From a virus (taxonomy: Duplodnaviria > Heunggongvirae > Uroviricota > Caudoviricetes), in the IMG/VR virus record IMGVR_UViG_3300005323_000039, positions 64,001 through 115,197 of that record: DNA of 51,197 nt; one strand, written 5' to 3'. The notes beneath the pieces are model-generated. The model saw only the letters and a list, made by a program, of their open reading frames with translations. It searched no databases and was not told where the DNA came from. Every line of letters begins with the position of its first letter. The stretch's first letter is position 1. Of the stretch, positions 1-7,864 are shown in pieces. A program made the position numbers and the translations under genes.

Positions 1-235
1 GTTCTATCCAATCCAAAACCTTGCCCGGATCTAAATATTCCCCATCAATATATAGATCGTGGCCAAAATATTTCATACAAAGGGCCAATTCTTCCTTCCT
101 GATCGTTGTAAAGGCTTCGTACCACTTGGTATAGCTTTCCTCATCACGAGGATCTGTACCTTTCCAAGCGACTTTGTAACGAGCGCGCAAGGGCGCGAAT
201 TGTTTTCGTATGGTTGAAATATCTTTTAGATTCAT
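1..235 (-). CDS. hypothetical protein, partial (runs off window)
   Basis: Open frame from ATG at 235 (MNLKDISTIRKQFAPLRARYK...) to the window edge; absent from the ORF track. Confidence 0.55.
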   Translation of the reverse strand, partial: MNLKDISTIRKQFAPLRARYKVAWKGTDPRDEESYTKWYEAFTTIRKEELALCMKYFGHDLYIDGEYLDPGKVLDWIE

Positions 236-258
236 ATACAAACCTTCTTCAGATTGTA

Positions 259-477
259 TCAATCTTGTTCGTACTTCTCGCAGAAATAATGCGGACTCAC
301 GTTTCTGTTCTGGATAGAGCAAAATCCATGGGCTGTTATCGTTATTCCCGAATCGTATAGTTCGCATCCATAACAACAGTCAGATCCCCAGGGTATTATC
401 AATATAGACATAGCGTCTATGATGCGACCTTCGGCCAATGCTTTTGCTCTCTCTTTTATAGCATCATTTGCTAGCAT
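259..477 (-). CDS. small Cys-rich hypothetical protein
   Basis: 72 aa ORF downstream of a minus-strand TATA at about 640-660. Confidence 0.5.
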   Translation of the reverse strand: MLANDAIKERAKALAEGRIIDAMSILIIPWGSDCCYGCELYDSGITITAHGFCSIQNRNVSPHYFCEKYEQD

Positions 478-670
478 TATATCACTTCAATTAATTTGAT
501 TAATTTGGTTGGAGGGGTGGCTCTAATCGCTCCGAGCCACACTTTAAACATTTGCAAGGCTTGGCTAAATACACGCGCGTATATCCGCACGTTTGACATT
601 CATGCTCTCTCAAATACATACTCACTCTAACGTACGCTTAATATAAGTAAATTGCGGTTCGCTCTATTCG

Positions 671-695
671 CTTTACGCCCCTCCGATTATATTGA
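671..695. repeat. 25-bp dispersed repeat, copy 1 (copy 2 at 6273-6297)
   Basis: ctttacgcccctccgattatattga vs ctttacgtccttccgattatattga, 23/25 identical. Confidence 0.85.
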
Positions 696-714
696 GTAGA
701 GTAGGTGCAATGTT

Positions 715-1254
715 ATGCCTGACCCAATTGACTACGTAGAAACAAAATTTCTTGTGCTTTATCGGTACGTGTCGTTACAAACTTCCGCTGAAGAAACTGC
801 CTCCGAACATATTGACGCAGATATTTTATACGCTTCGTTCGAATTATATTATGCTGACGCTGTCGACGAACTCGCAAATATACTAAACGCTCGTGGAATC
901 GAACTAACTGTTAATCAAGAGCGAACGGCTCTGACTCATCTGATTGCAGATTACTATGAAATGGGCAATCCTGATTGGAGTTATAAATCGGAATCAATGA
1001 GTCCTGGGGTCAGCTTTAGCAGAGGTGAAGACACTTCTGCAAGGCTCGCTCTGAATAAATTACTAGATCAGGTAGAGAAAGCCACCAAGCGCACAAGAGT
1101 TACAAGAATCAGTAAAACTCAAGACGATGTAAAGCAGGTCAGAGATAGTGAAATTTATCCTGACAGATTTAAACTTAGCGATATACCTGTTCCGAATGTT
1201 GTGACTGGCGACTATACCGGAAGCTCTTCGGATCTGAGCGGCTGGATGCCGTAA
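715..1254 (+). CDS. putative head-tail adaptor (SPP1 gp15/HK97 gp6-like)
   Basis: Helical N-terminus and YKSESMSPGVSFSRG resembling the adaptor (K)SE(S)IGDYSVSY motif; precedes neck genes. Confidence 0.55.
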   Translation: MPDPIDYVETKFLVLYRYVSLQTSAEETASEHIDADILYASFELYYADAVDELANILNARGIELTVNQERTALTHLIADYYEMGNPDWSYKSESMSPGVSFSRGEDTSARLALNKLLDQVEKATKRTRVTRISKTQDDVKQVRDSEIYPDRFKLSDIPVPNVVTGDYTGSSSDLSGWMP

Positions 1255-1445
1255 ACTCTAGCACGCTCCAATCAGTATTACAAACTTCGTTCAAAATATA
1301 ATCGATATGCGTTGAGTCATCGAGCTCAAAATTTAACAGTATAAACAGTAGATTTGGGCTTACTGTTTAGATACTATATAAATTCGATTAATTTTTATAA
1401 ATTAAAAAATTCATTCAAGACTTTATTTTTTGTGGTCACTTTGCC

Positions 1446-1483
1446 CTTACTTTACTTACTTTACTTACTTTACTTTACTTACT
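1446..1483. repeat. tandem T(T)TAC repeat (8 copies) in an AT-rich non-coding region
   Basis: cttactttacttactttacttactttactttacttact; followed by a purine tract and the 8-bp inverted repeat AGTTACTA-gaa-TAGTAACT (1498-1516). Confidence 0.9.
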
Positions 1484-1667
1484 CAGAGAGAAGAAAGAGT
1501 TACTAGAATAGTAACTAATGGTATAAGAGTAGAAATTGAAATTTGAACAGAATATTTGTGTATAAAACAGGGATAAGAAAAATTTGGAAATTCGAAATAT
1601 ACCATTAAATTGACTCAACCAATATCGATTATACATCATAGAGTACCTCCATCAATACAGAGAAGAA

Positions 1668-2324
1668 TTGGAAAAATTGGAAAAATCACAAATGGTCGTG
1701 AACAACATGCCGTCAAGACTCCGATACACTCACAAAATTCGCATTAGACAATTTACAGACCAAATATATAATGGTTCGATTGAACTTGTAATGACACCAA
1801 GTGTAGCTCAACCATCGCAAGAATTCATGTTATGCGTGGAGGCCACAGGCAAAGGAACGTTCGTTGTTGTGGGTTCGAGAGGTGGAGGTAGCATCACTGA
1901 GACTATTGAATTAGACGGGGCAGGCACAATCTTTGGTTCGAAATTATACGACCAAATAACAAGTATTAGTTGCAGTAGGTTTAATACAGCGCGTACGTGT
2001 GTTATACGAGCTGTAGACGAACTTTATCAGCCGGTACGTTGGTTTGTACTCAGTTCACCTTATAATGCTGTAGTGAGCACATTAGGAGGCTTAGGAACGG
2101 CTGTACAAGCTCAATCCCTAGGATTAAAGACTACGATTGTAAGGTACATACGATGCGAATGGAGGACTCCCGTTACGAAGGGTATGGAATTCACTATAAC
2201 CCCTGGTTATGACGACGTTGTGTTTGTTCCAATAACAGACTTTAACAATGTGACATTGCCAGGCGTGCCGTTGGCGCAGAGTGAATGGGAATTTAATGCT
2301 GTAGAGAAGGCACAAGAGGCGTAG
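1668..2324 (+). CDS. putative neck/head-closure virion protein
   Basis: 218 aa, beta-rich; lies between adaptor-like and terminator-like genes. Confidence 0.4.
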   Translation: MEKLEKSQMVVNNMPSRLRYTHKIRIRQFTDQIYNGSIELVMTPSVAQPSQEFMLCVEATGKGTFVVVGSRGGGSITETIELDGAGTIFGSKLYDQITSISCSRFNTARTCVIRAVDELYQPVRWFVLSSPYNAVVSTLGGLGTAVQAQSLGLKTTIVRYIRCEWRTPVTKGMEFTITPGYDDVVFVPITDFNNVTLPGVPLAQSEWEFNAVEKAQEA

Positions 2325-2329
2325 AGTAC

Positions 2330-2761
2330 ATGCAACAATCCCTCCAATTTATTATGCAAACTCTAGTGTCTAACGCAGAGCTATGGTCCCTCACAGACGG
2401 TAAATACGTTACAGGTATTCCCTCTGTGGATGTGCAGCTTGACGGCACTCATAAAACAATAGTTGGAGTACAAACTACGTCAGAAGGTTCGGAATCGAAG
2501 CTTTGGTCAGACGTACGAGATGCTTTGGAAACAAAACTCACGATACAAATTACAGTTCTGACAGCGTATGGCACAAACAACGCTCATTGTGACTCAATTG
2601 TACGTAAAATAGTATCAATATTTGGAGACACTCCGGGCGTTGTCGGTTCGAATTGGCGCGTATGGATAAACGATATTAAGTGGAATGTGAAGAGCGCAGA
2701 GTACCCAGGACGTTGGCTCGGAGAAATTACACTAAGTATGAGCCACTTTAAAAACTTGTAA
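2330..2761 (+). CDS. tail completion/terminator-like protein (DUF3168/SPP1 gp17-like)
   Basis: 143 aa; L..LTDGK...G.P, LTIQITV and I..I...F pattern; gene context. Confidence 0.5.
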   Translation: MQQSLQFIMQTLVSNAELWSLTDGKYVTGIPSVDVQLDGTHKTIVGVQTTSEGSESKLWSDVRDALETKLTIQITVLTAYGTNNAHCDSIVRKIVSIFGDTPGVVGSNWRVWINDIKWNVKSAEYPGRWLGEITLSMSHFKNL

Positions 2762-2784
2762 CTTTAAAAATTTATAAAATAAAT

Positions 2785-3093
2785 TCAAGTTTTTGGTGTG
2801 TAGTATTTACCATAGGCTTCACAAAAACCAAACATTGAGCGACTAACGTTGGTAAAGTTACCACACTTTCCACACATATCTACAGTCATGATTGTACCAT
2901 CTGATCTTTTGACAGGACTTCCACTATTGTAGACAACAGTTTTACATACAAAGTGCTTGCACTTATCACATGGATATTTTTTGCCTCTATACCATGCATA
3001 AATTGTGTCTCTCACAAGTATGTACACCATGTATGCAAGCGCGATGCTACTCAAAATGGCTACAAGTAACCAGAATATTGCAAGTTCGTTCAT
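2785..3093 (-). CDS. membrane-anchored Zn-finger hypothetical protein
   Basis: N-terminal hydrophobic helix; CDKC, CGKC motifs. Confidence 0.6.
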   Translation of the reverse strand: MNELAIFWLLVAILSSIALAYMVYILVRDTIYAWYRGKKYPCDKCKHFVCKTVVYNSGSPVKRSDGTIMTVDMCGKCGNFTNVSRSMFGFCEAYGKYYTPKT

Positions 3094-3371
3094 ACCAATC
3101 TCTCAAAAAAAAAATATTAGGTTCGTTTGTATGCCACTCCATTGCATGTCACTGCACCACATGCAATGGAGTCTGGATTACTTGCATTCTTCTCGCGCAG
3201 AATGAGCGTGCCACAATTCGCGCTGTACACATCGCACTCGTCGAGCAGAGTTGGTCCGTTGTTTGGCATAGTTCTTAGTACGTACAAAAGCTATATATAC
3301 TTAACGATACAATGTACGTTCAGAGCGAGTAAGCTCTAACAGAGCGAACAAACTCTAGAGGTATAAAAAAA

Positions 3372-3998
3372 ATGACAAAAAATATATTGGCTATCATGCT
3401 CGTAATGATAGCATCGATTGTTGGAATGGCTGTCGCACAGGACGGCTTTATCGAACAAAGTATATTTGATGGACCAACTGATTGGGGCATGAACAATCCT
3501 GATCTAGCTGTGGACACTGTGCCCGACATCACGGGAGATCTTTATGTGCCTGGCCCGGAAGGAGTCCCAACTGATACTGGATTTACTGGCGGAGAAGTTG
3601 CCTCAGTCGATGTAGATGTTGGATTTGATGCTTCAGATTCAAGCGAACAACTAGTCACTCTTGGCACAAACGATTACGGTATATACGCGGGTAGTTCTGC
3701 TGACTATGACAGTATCGATTATTGGGCTTCCGAAGACGAATCATACCAAACGTGGTTTGTAAAAGAGAATGGTGCAGAAGGTATGATTAACTACAATCAA
3801 GCAACTGATACAATCTATACGTCTCAATTGGATGGTAATGTTGCGGGCAGTGGAACGCCTGGATTTTATAATTCTGCAAGCTACACTCCATCGATTGGCT
3901 CGATCACAGGATGGCAAGGTTTCTCTTCTATGAGTTTCCCTACAATCGAAATATTTAGCAGTATGACTGGCTCGACTATTCTTGCGCCCAACATATAA
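3372..3998 (+). CDS. secreted acidic surface protein
   Basis: Signal peptide MTKNILAIMLVMIASIVGMAVA-QD; D/G/S/T-rich mature part; T-tract after stop. Confidence 0.75.
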   Translation: MTKNILAIMLVMIASIVGMAVAQDGFIEQSIFDGPTDWGMNNPDLAVDTVPDITGDLYVPGPEGVPTDTGFTGGEVASVDVDVGFDASDSSEQLVTLGTNDYGIYAGSSADYDSIDYWASEDESYQTWFVKENGAEGMINYNQATDTIYTSQLDGNVAGSGTPGFYNSASYTPSIGSITGWQGFSSMSFPTIEIFSSMTGSTILAPNI

Positions 3999-4020
3999 AG
4001 CACATATTTTTTAATTTTTT

Positions 4021-4296
4021 TTAATTTTTCCTGTTCTTTATCCCGATTACAGTGTATTTGCGGTCGGAGTCAGTCGAAATTGATAAAATATTTTCGTTGT
4101 TTATAAAGTATACTGACGTTATGCGTTGGTTCTGAAGCAACGCATGATCATTAAGGATCCAGTCAACTTTTCTAACGTCGCCCCAATACCCACTCGAATG
4201 ATAATTCAAGTATTCGAATGGACTCTTACCACACGTTTCTAATATTTTACATGCTCCGTTCGTTAGTATAATTTGACCCAATCTGAACAAGCACAT
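4021..4296 (-). CDS. small conserved mobile-element protein (LFxLGQI...H..G.WG family)
   Basis: LFRLGQIILTNGA...H SSGYWGDV...DW..ND.AL....RITSVY pattern common in phages and plasmids. Confidence 0.65.
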   Translation of the reverse strand: MCLFRLGQIILTNGACKILETCGKSPFEYLNYHSSGYWGDVRKVDWILNDHALLQNQRITSVYFINNENILSISTDSDRKYTVIGIKNRKN

Positions 4297-4380
4297 AAAC
4301 TCTACTATATACTTTACAAGGATATATAGTACGACTAATGTTTAGAGCGTACGTACAATAATTAAGATTAGTAAGAAGAG

Positions 4381-4530
4381 TGTCGTACATATCGTGGGTA
4401 GCAGCGTACTCGGCAAAGTTCGAATGTATGCCTTATGGGTGTTGTTGGTTAAATCTCCAACGCAAGGGCACTGACTCCATGATCCTACTGTTGCCCCTTA
4501 TTCGGTCCGTTCTAGATGGAATGTACGACA
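4381..4530 (-). ncRNA. candidate structured ncRNA directly 3' of tRNA-Gly
   Basis: Perfect 10-bp closing helix TGTCGTACAT/ATGTACGACA; internal 7-bp, 5-bp and 4-bp hairpins; a G-U pair favours the minus strand. Confidence 0.5.
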
Positions 4531-4603
4531 TGCGCTCGGAGAGATTCGAACTCTCGCCACCTGCTCGGCAAGCAGATATTCTACCAGACTATATTACGAG
4601 CGC
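4531..4603 (-). tRNA. tRNA-Gly(GCC)
   Basis: Acceptor GCGCTCG/CGAGCGC-A, anticodon arm TCTGC-TTGCCGA-GCAGG, T-arm GAGAG-TTCGAAT-CTCTC; CCA not encoded. Confidence 0.95.
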
Positions 4604-4627
4604 GCCAATTTACGCAAATTCTGTGAA

Positions 4628-4700
4628 TAGTCCTGCGAGGATTCGAACCTCGGTTGCTGAGTTCAAAGCCCAGTGTGATTGACCGCTACACTACAGGACT
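4628..4700 (-). tRNA. tRNA-Gln(TTG), archaeal type
   Basis: AGTCCTG/CAGGACT-A acceptor with A1-U72; anticodon arm CTGGG-CTTTGAA-CTCAG; T-arm CGAGG-TTCGAAT-CCTCG. Confidence 0.95.
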
Positions 4701-4713
4701 AATTGTTGTTAGT

Positions 4714-4929
4714 CTAATCATATAACACGATTGTTTCTACATTATATTTTGATACAAGGATTGTAAATGTCTCAATTGATTTAGTAATAGGATTTTCATA
4801 AGAACGTTCCACGATAAACATATCATGATCATCAATTGTTTTTGACCCTTTGTAAATTCCACATACTTCTTCACCAGATACCAATCCAAAGCAATATGAT
4901 TTTCCCCTTTCTAATTCATCTTTTGTCAT
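4714..4929 (-). CDS. hypothetical protein inside the tRNA cluster
   Basis: 71 aa, GAGGT ribosome-binding site upstream. Confidence 0.6.
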   Translation of the reverse strand: MTKDELERGKSYCFGLVSGEEVCGIYKGSKTIDDHDMFIVERSYENPITKSIETFTILVSKYNVETIVLYD

Positions 4930-4952
4930 GTCGTACCTCTTGTTAAGTTGAA

Positions 4953-5073
4953 AGAGTGGGCCAGATTTGCACTGGTCCGTGTACTTTGTTTTCTACCGTT
5001 TGTTTGAAACAAACGATCTATCACGCCCATGCTGCCTAGCTTTATGGGAATCGAACCCTGGACGCCACCACTC
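4953..5073 (-). ncRNA. tRNA-like RNA (acceptor-like stem and T-arm around a non-tRNA core)
   Basis: GAGTGG/CCACTC closing stem, T-arm CCAG-TGCAAAT-CTGG, internal CCCAT/ATGGG and CGTTTGTT/AACAAACG hairpins; no canonical anticodon arm. Confidence 0.5.
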
Positions 5074-5145
5074 AGCCTTCGTACCACCAGATACAGTCCA
5101 AAAGGGAGCGACCCTTTCATACCTTCGTATCCAATATGTGCGAAA

Positions 5146-5229
5146 TGCCAACAGCAGGGCTCGAACCTGCGACCCTCTACGGGACCAGATCTTGAGTCTG
5201 GCGCGTTCTTCCATCTTCGCTATGTTGGC
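5146..5229 (-). tRNA. tRNA-Leu(CAA)
   Basis: GCCAACA/TGTTGGC-A acceptor, CCAGA-CTCAAGA-TCTGG anticodon arm, long variable arm, T-arm GCAGG-TTCGAGC-CCTGC; BRE-TATA at about 5258-5275. Confidence 0.95.
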
Positions 5230-5239
5230 TTCACTCTAG

Positions 5240-5881
5240 TTATACATATAACGAATCTACTATATATACTTTGTTGTTTTCAATCATAGCGTATCTGAAT
5301 CGCGATTTGCTTACATCCAAAGGATTGTACGGATCTACCATGTACAGATTGCTCAAATCATGACTGGAGTATTTGAATAGGGGTGGAGTGTGGCCACAGA
5401 CTTGCAACAATTTGTCATACGGGGCAGCATGGTTCGGTCTATACCACAGAGGACTGTCGTCGTGCCAATGTTCTATCAGATCCATTCCATTCAGAGTTTT
5501 TACAATTTCTTCGATTGGAGTATCGCTTGGAACAAATGTTTCAGATAAACCAGCGTGCGTTATGAGGACTTGATCATGTATAGCGACTATTTTGAATTCA
5601 TTCTGGCGCTCCTCCAATTCATCGTACAGACTCCAGCTATATGGGTCCTGAGGCCCGATAAATTGTTTTAAGACTATAGCAGCTTCGTGATTGCCCCACA
5701 ACATTTCTGCTCCACTCTGACTCAATAGTTTCCAACACTCTATTGGGTTGCATCCAATATCGATAAAATCTCCAGCAAAAATCAATCTGTCGTTGTGTTT
5801 ATCGTAATGTGAATGTGATAGAACGTTCTGGATGAGGTGAGGTTGAGCGTGTGCATCAGCTAAAACAATACAACGTGCCAT
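5240..5881 (-). CDS. calcineurin-like metallophosphoesterase
   Basis: DAH, GDFID, GNHE, THAG and GHTP motifs. Confidence 0.9.
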   Translation of the reverse strand: MARCIVLADAHAQPHLIQNVLSHSHYDKHNDRLIFAGDFIDIGCNPIECWKLLSQSGAEMLWGNHEAAIVLKQFIGPQDPYSWSLYDELEERQNEFKIVAIHDQVLITHAGLSETFVPSDTPIEEIVKTLNGMDLIEHWHDDSPLWYRPNHAAPYDKLLQVCGHTPPLFKYSSHDLSNLYMVDPYNPLDVSKSRFRYAMIENNKVYIVDSLYV

Positions 5882-5887
5882 CTTAAC

Positions 5888-6136
5888 CTACTCTATAGAC
5901 GTATCGTTTATTGCCTTCAATATGAACGATTCAGGTGCATCTTCTCCGTAAAAATGGACCAATACTTCGTCATCTGCTAACATTTCATCAGATTCGTATA
6001 CGCGAGTGTATCCTCCGTCACGATTTGGTCCTATCAATCTATAGTTAAGATTCTTTCTACCAGTTCGTATTATTTCGACACCATCTGAATTATCAATAAC
6101 ATCTAATTGCTCATCTGTTATTATGTAACGTTCCAT
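5888..6136 (-). CDS. hypothetical protein
   Basis: 82 aa, GGTGA ribosome-binding site, co-oriented with neighbours. Confidence 0.6.
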   Translation of the reverse strand: MERYIITDEQLDVIDNSDGVEIIRTGRKNLNYRLIGPNRDGGYTRVYESDEMLADDEVLVHFYGEDAPESFILKAINDTSIE

Positions 6137-6272
6137 TATTTCACCATGTTATGAATATTTGTTTAAATTTTGATCAACGTTTAATTGGTTTTAACGCCGA
6201 GCCAACTGAACTATACTTAGTACGTTAAATTGATATATATACTTTACGCCACACTTTGAACAACGCTTTGTA

Positions 6273-6297
6273 CTTTACGTCCTTCCGATTATATTGA
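6273..6297. repeat. 25-bp dispersed repeat, copy 2
   Basis: Matches 671-695 at 23/25. Confidence 0.85.
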
Positions 6298-6321
6298 TAC
6301 TAAAAATAAATGGATAGGTTA

Positions 6322-6401
6322 GAACCTTGCCTCACCTCGCCATACCACACCGTATCGAACCTATCCGAACCGAACCCAAACAAACCCAGTCGAACCACAT
6401 C
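6322..6401 (-). ncRNA. stand-alone GGY-NN pentamer array (array A; candidate guide RNA)
   Basis: 16 in-phase 5-nt units, 11 with GGY: gatGT ggtTC gacTG ggtTT gttTG ggtTC ggtTC ggaTA ggtTC gatAC ggtGT ggtAT ggcGA ggtGA ggcAA ggtTC; own promoter and T-tract. Confidence 0.85.
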
Positions 6402-6450
6402 TAATGTGCGTTAAGATATACTCAACGCTAATTCGTAATGGTATTTTTTC

Positions 6451-6466
6451 TATTTATACTTTTCGG
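6451..6466 (-). promoter_or_regulatory. archaeal BRE-TATA promoter for array A
   Basis: CCGAAAAGTATAAATA; no sizeable minus-strand ORF between it and the array. Confidence 0.7.
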
Positions 6467-6476
6467 TGGCAACTAG

Positions 6477-7031
6477 ATGACTCTGATAAAATTGACTGCT
6501 TATAATGCATGGCGTCGTGGATTCATAACCGATGACCAATATGAAGTTTATCTTCAGCAAAATCCAGATCCAGAACAAGAAATTATAATAAATTACGATG
6601 AACATTTGCACGAAGTTTATCTTGCTGACGTACATGTGCTCAAACGAGATCCTAATGCTTATATCGACTTAGTTTTTTCACTTGACGGAGCTGGTGCAGA
6701 AATAGCTGACGCAAAGAAAGCATATGCCAGATGTAACGTTAGTGGTAGGATTATTAAAGCAACTGTTCTAGCGGATCAATCAGGTTCAATCGCAATTGAT
6801 GTCTGGAAGAAGACTACATATCCTCCAGCGGATGGCGAATCAATTACAGCAAGCGCCGTTCCAACAATCACAACCAACGTTAGTTCAGAGGATGCAACAT
6901 TGACAGGCTGGAACGTAATGGTCACAGCTGGAGATTACTTCATTGCTAACGTCGATTCTTGTACAACAATAACACATGCTGAACTCATTCTAACGATTGA
7001 ACCTGCTGTACAATATGTCCGGATCGTTTAG
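6477..7031 (+). CDS. virion protein (N-terminal RRGxIT module plus beta-sandwich)
   Basis: C-terminal domain paralogous to 7046-7864 (ADQSGSI..D.WK...YPP....SITA.AVPTI). Confidence 0.65.
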   Translation: MTLIKLTAYNAWRRGFITDDQYEVYLQQNPDPEQEIIINYDEHLHEVYLADVHVLKRDPNAYIDLVFSLDGAGAEIADAKKAYARCNVSGRIIKATVLADQSGSIAIDVWKKTTYPPADGESITASAVPTITTNVSSEDATLTGWNVMVTAGDYFIANVDSCTTITHAELILTIEPAVQYVRIV

Positions 7032-7045
7032 AGGGAGCGTACTTT

Positions 7046-7864
7046 ATGGCTAACATTAGCGCGATGAGCTTGAGTAGAGGTGACATCCTTACAACTTCTC
7101 ACATTGACTCAATTGCTAGAGGCTCCCAAGATATTGGTGTAAGGGACGGTTGTAATGTTGGAGCGCAAGCAGTTCCTGACATGACCGTCAAACTGGACGC
7201 AGGCAATGTACTAATTGGAGGCGTTCTAAAAGTTGTTGCAGGCAATAACGTTACAATTTCTGCTGCAGACCCTACAAACCCTCGTATCGATATAATCTAT
7301 GTAGATGTGAATGGAGTGGGGCAAGTGTATACTGGAGCAGCGGGAGTTATTGCACCTGTTGGAGAAACGGACTGGAAGAAATTTACTGTACCGTATCCTG
7401 GGGCGACAATACCCACAGGTGTCCCTCTTGCAGAAGTTCATGTTGGAGCGGGAGCAACTTCAATCACCGGAGCGAATGTTAGATCGCTTGCCACCTACGT
7501 TAGAACGTATCGGCGTCAAATCCAAGTCATAATTGACGGAGGTGGAGTTGCCATTGAGACGGGAGTGAAAGCGCGCCTCCACATGGGATACCCTTGTACG
7601 ATTAAGAGTGTGACTATGGGAGCGGACCAATCAGGCTCCATTGTAGTGGACATCTGGAAAGATACGTATGCGAATTACCCCCCAACGGACGCAGATTCGA
7701 TAACAGCAGCAGCAGTTCCAACGATATCCGCGACAAACAAATATCAGAATACTACGTTGGTTGGCTGGACAACGTCCATTACCGCAGACGACTGGCTATT
7801 CTTCAATGTAGATAGTTGTTCGTCGATTACTCAGTGCGTTGTAGACCTCATCGTGGAAACTTAA
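7046..7864 (+). CDS. virion/tail-associated protein
   Basis: AAD..NPRIDII motif and DGGG..I.TG.K...ADQSGSIVVDIWKD domain typical of phage virion proteins. Confidence 0.7.
   Translation: MANISAMSLSRGDILTTSHIDSIARGSQDIGVRDGCNVGAQAVPDMTVKLDAGNVLIGGVLKVVAGNNVTISAADPTNPRIDIIYVDVNGVGQVYTGAAGVIAPVGETDWKKFTVPYPGATIPTGVPLAEVHVGAGATSITGANVRSLATYVRTYRRQIQVIIDGGGVAIETGVKARLHMGYPCTIKSVTMGADQSGSIVVDIWKDTYANYPPTDADSITAAAVPTISATNKYQNTTLVGWTTSITADDWLFFNVDSCSSITQCVVDLIVET

Noticed and set aside
4021-4296. Type I restriction-modification M subunit label
   Set aside because: 91 aa with no SAM-binding or NPPY motif.
4381-4530. HDV-like (theta) ribozyme after tRNA-Gly
   Set aside because: The 5' strand pairs with the extreme 3' end rather than forming the nested HDV double pseudoknot, and it does not start with G.
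4953-5073. tmRNA
   Set aside because: Far too short, no G3-U70 or tag ORF, and the host is archaeal; kept only as tRNA-like.
4380-5573. ORFs 4380-4682, 4926-5120, 4967-5239, 4993-5214 and 5029-5289
   Set aside because: They overlap tRNAs or structured RNAs and show no protein-like features.
6477-7864. Diversity-generating retroelement TR/VR pair
   Set aside because: The paralogous domains differ at all base types, not only adenines, and no reverse transcriptase is present.
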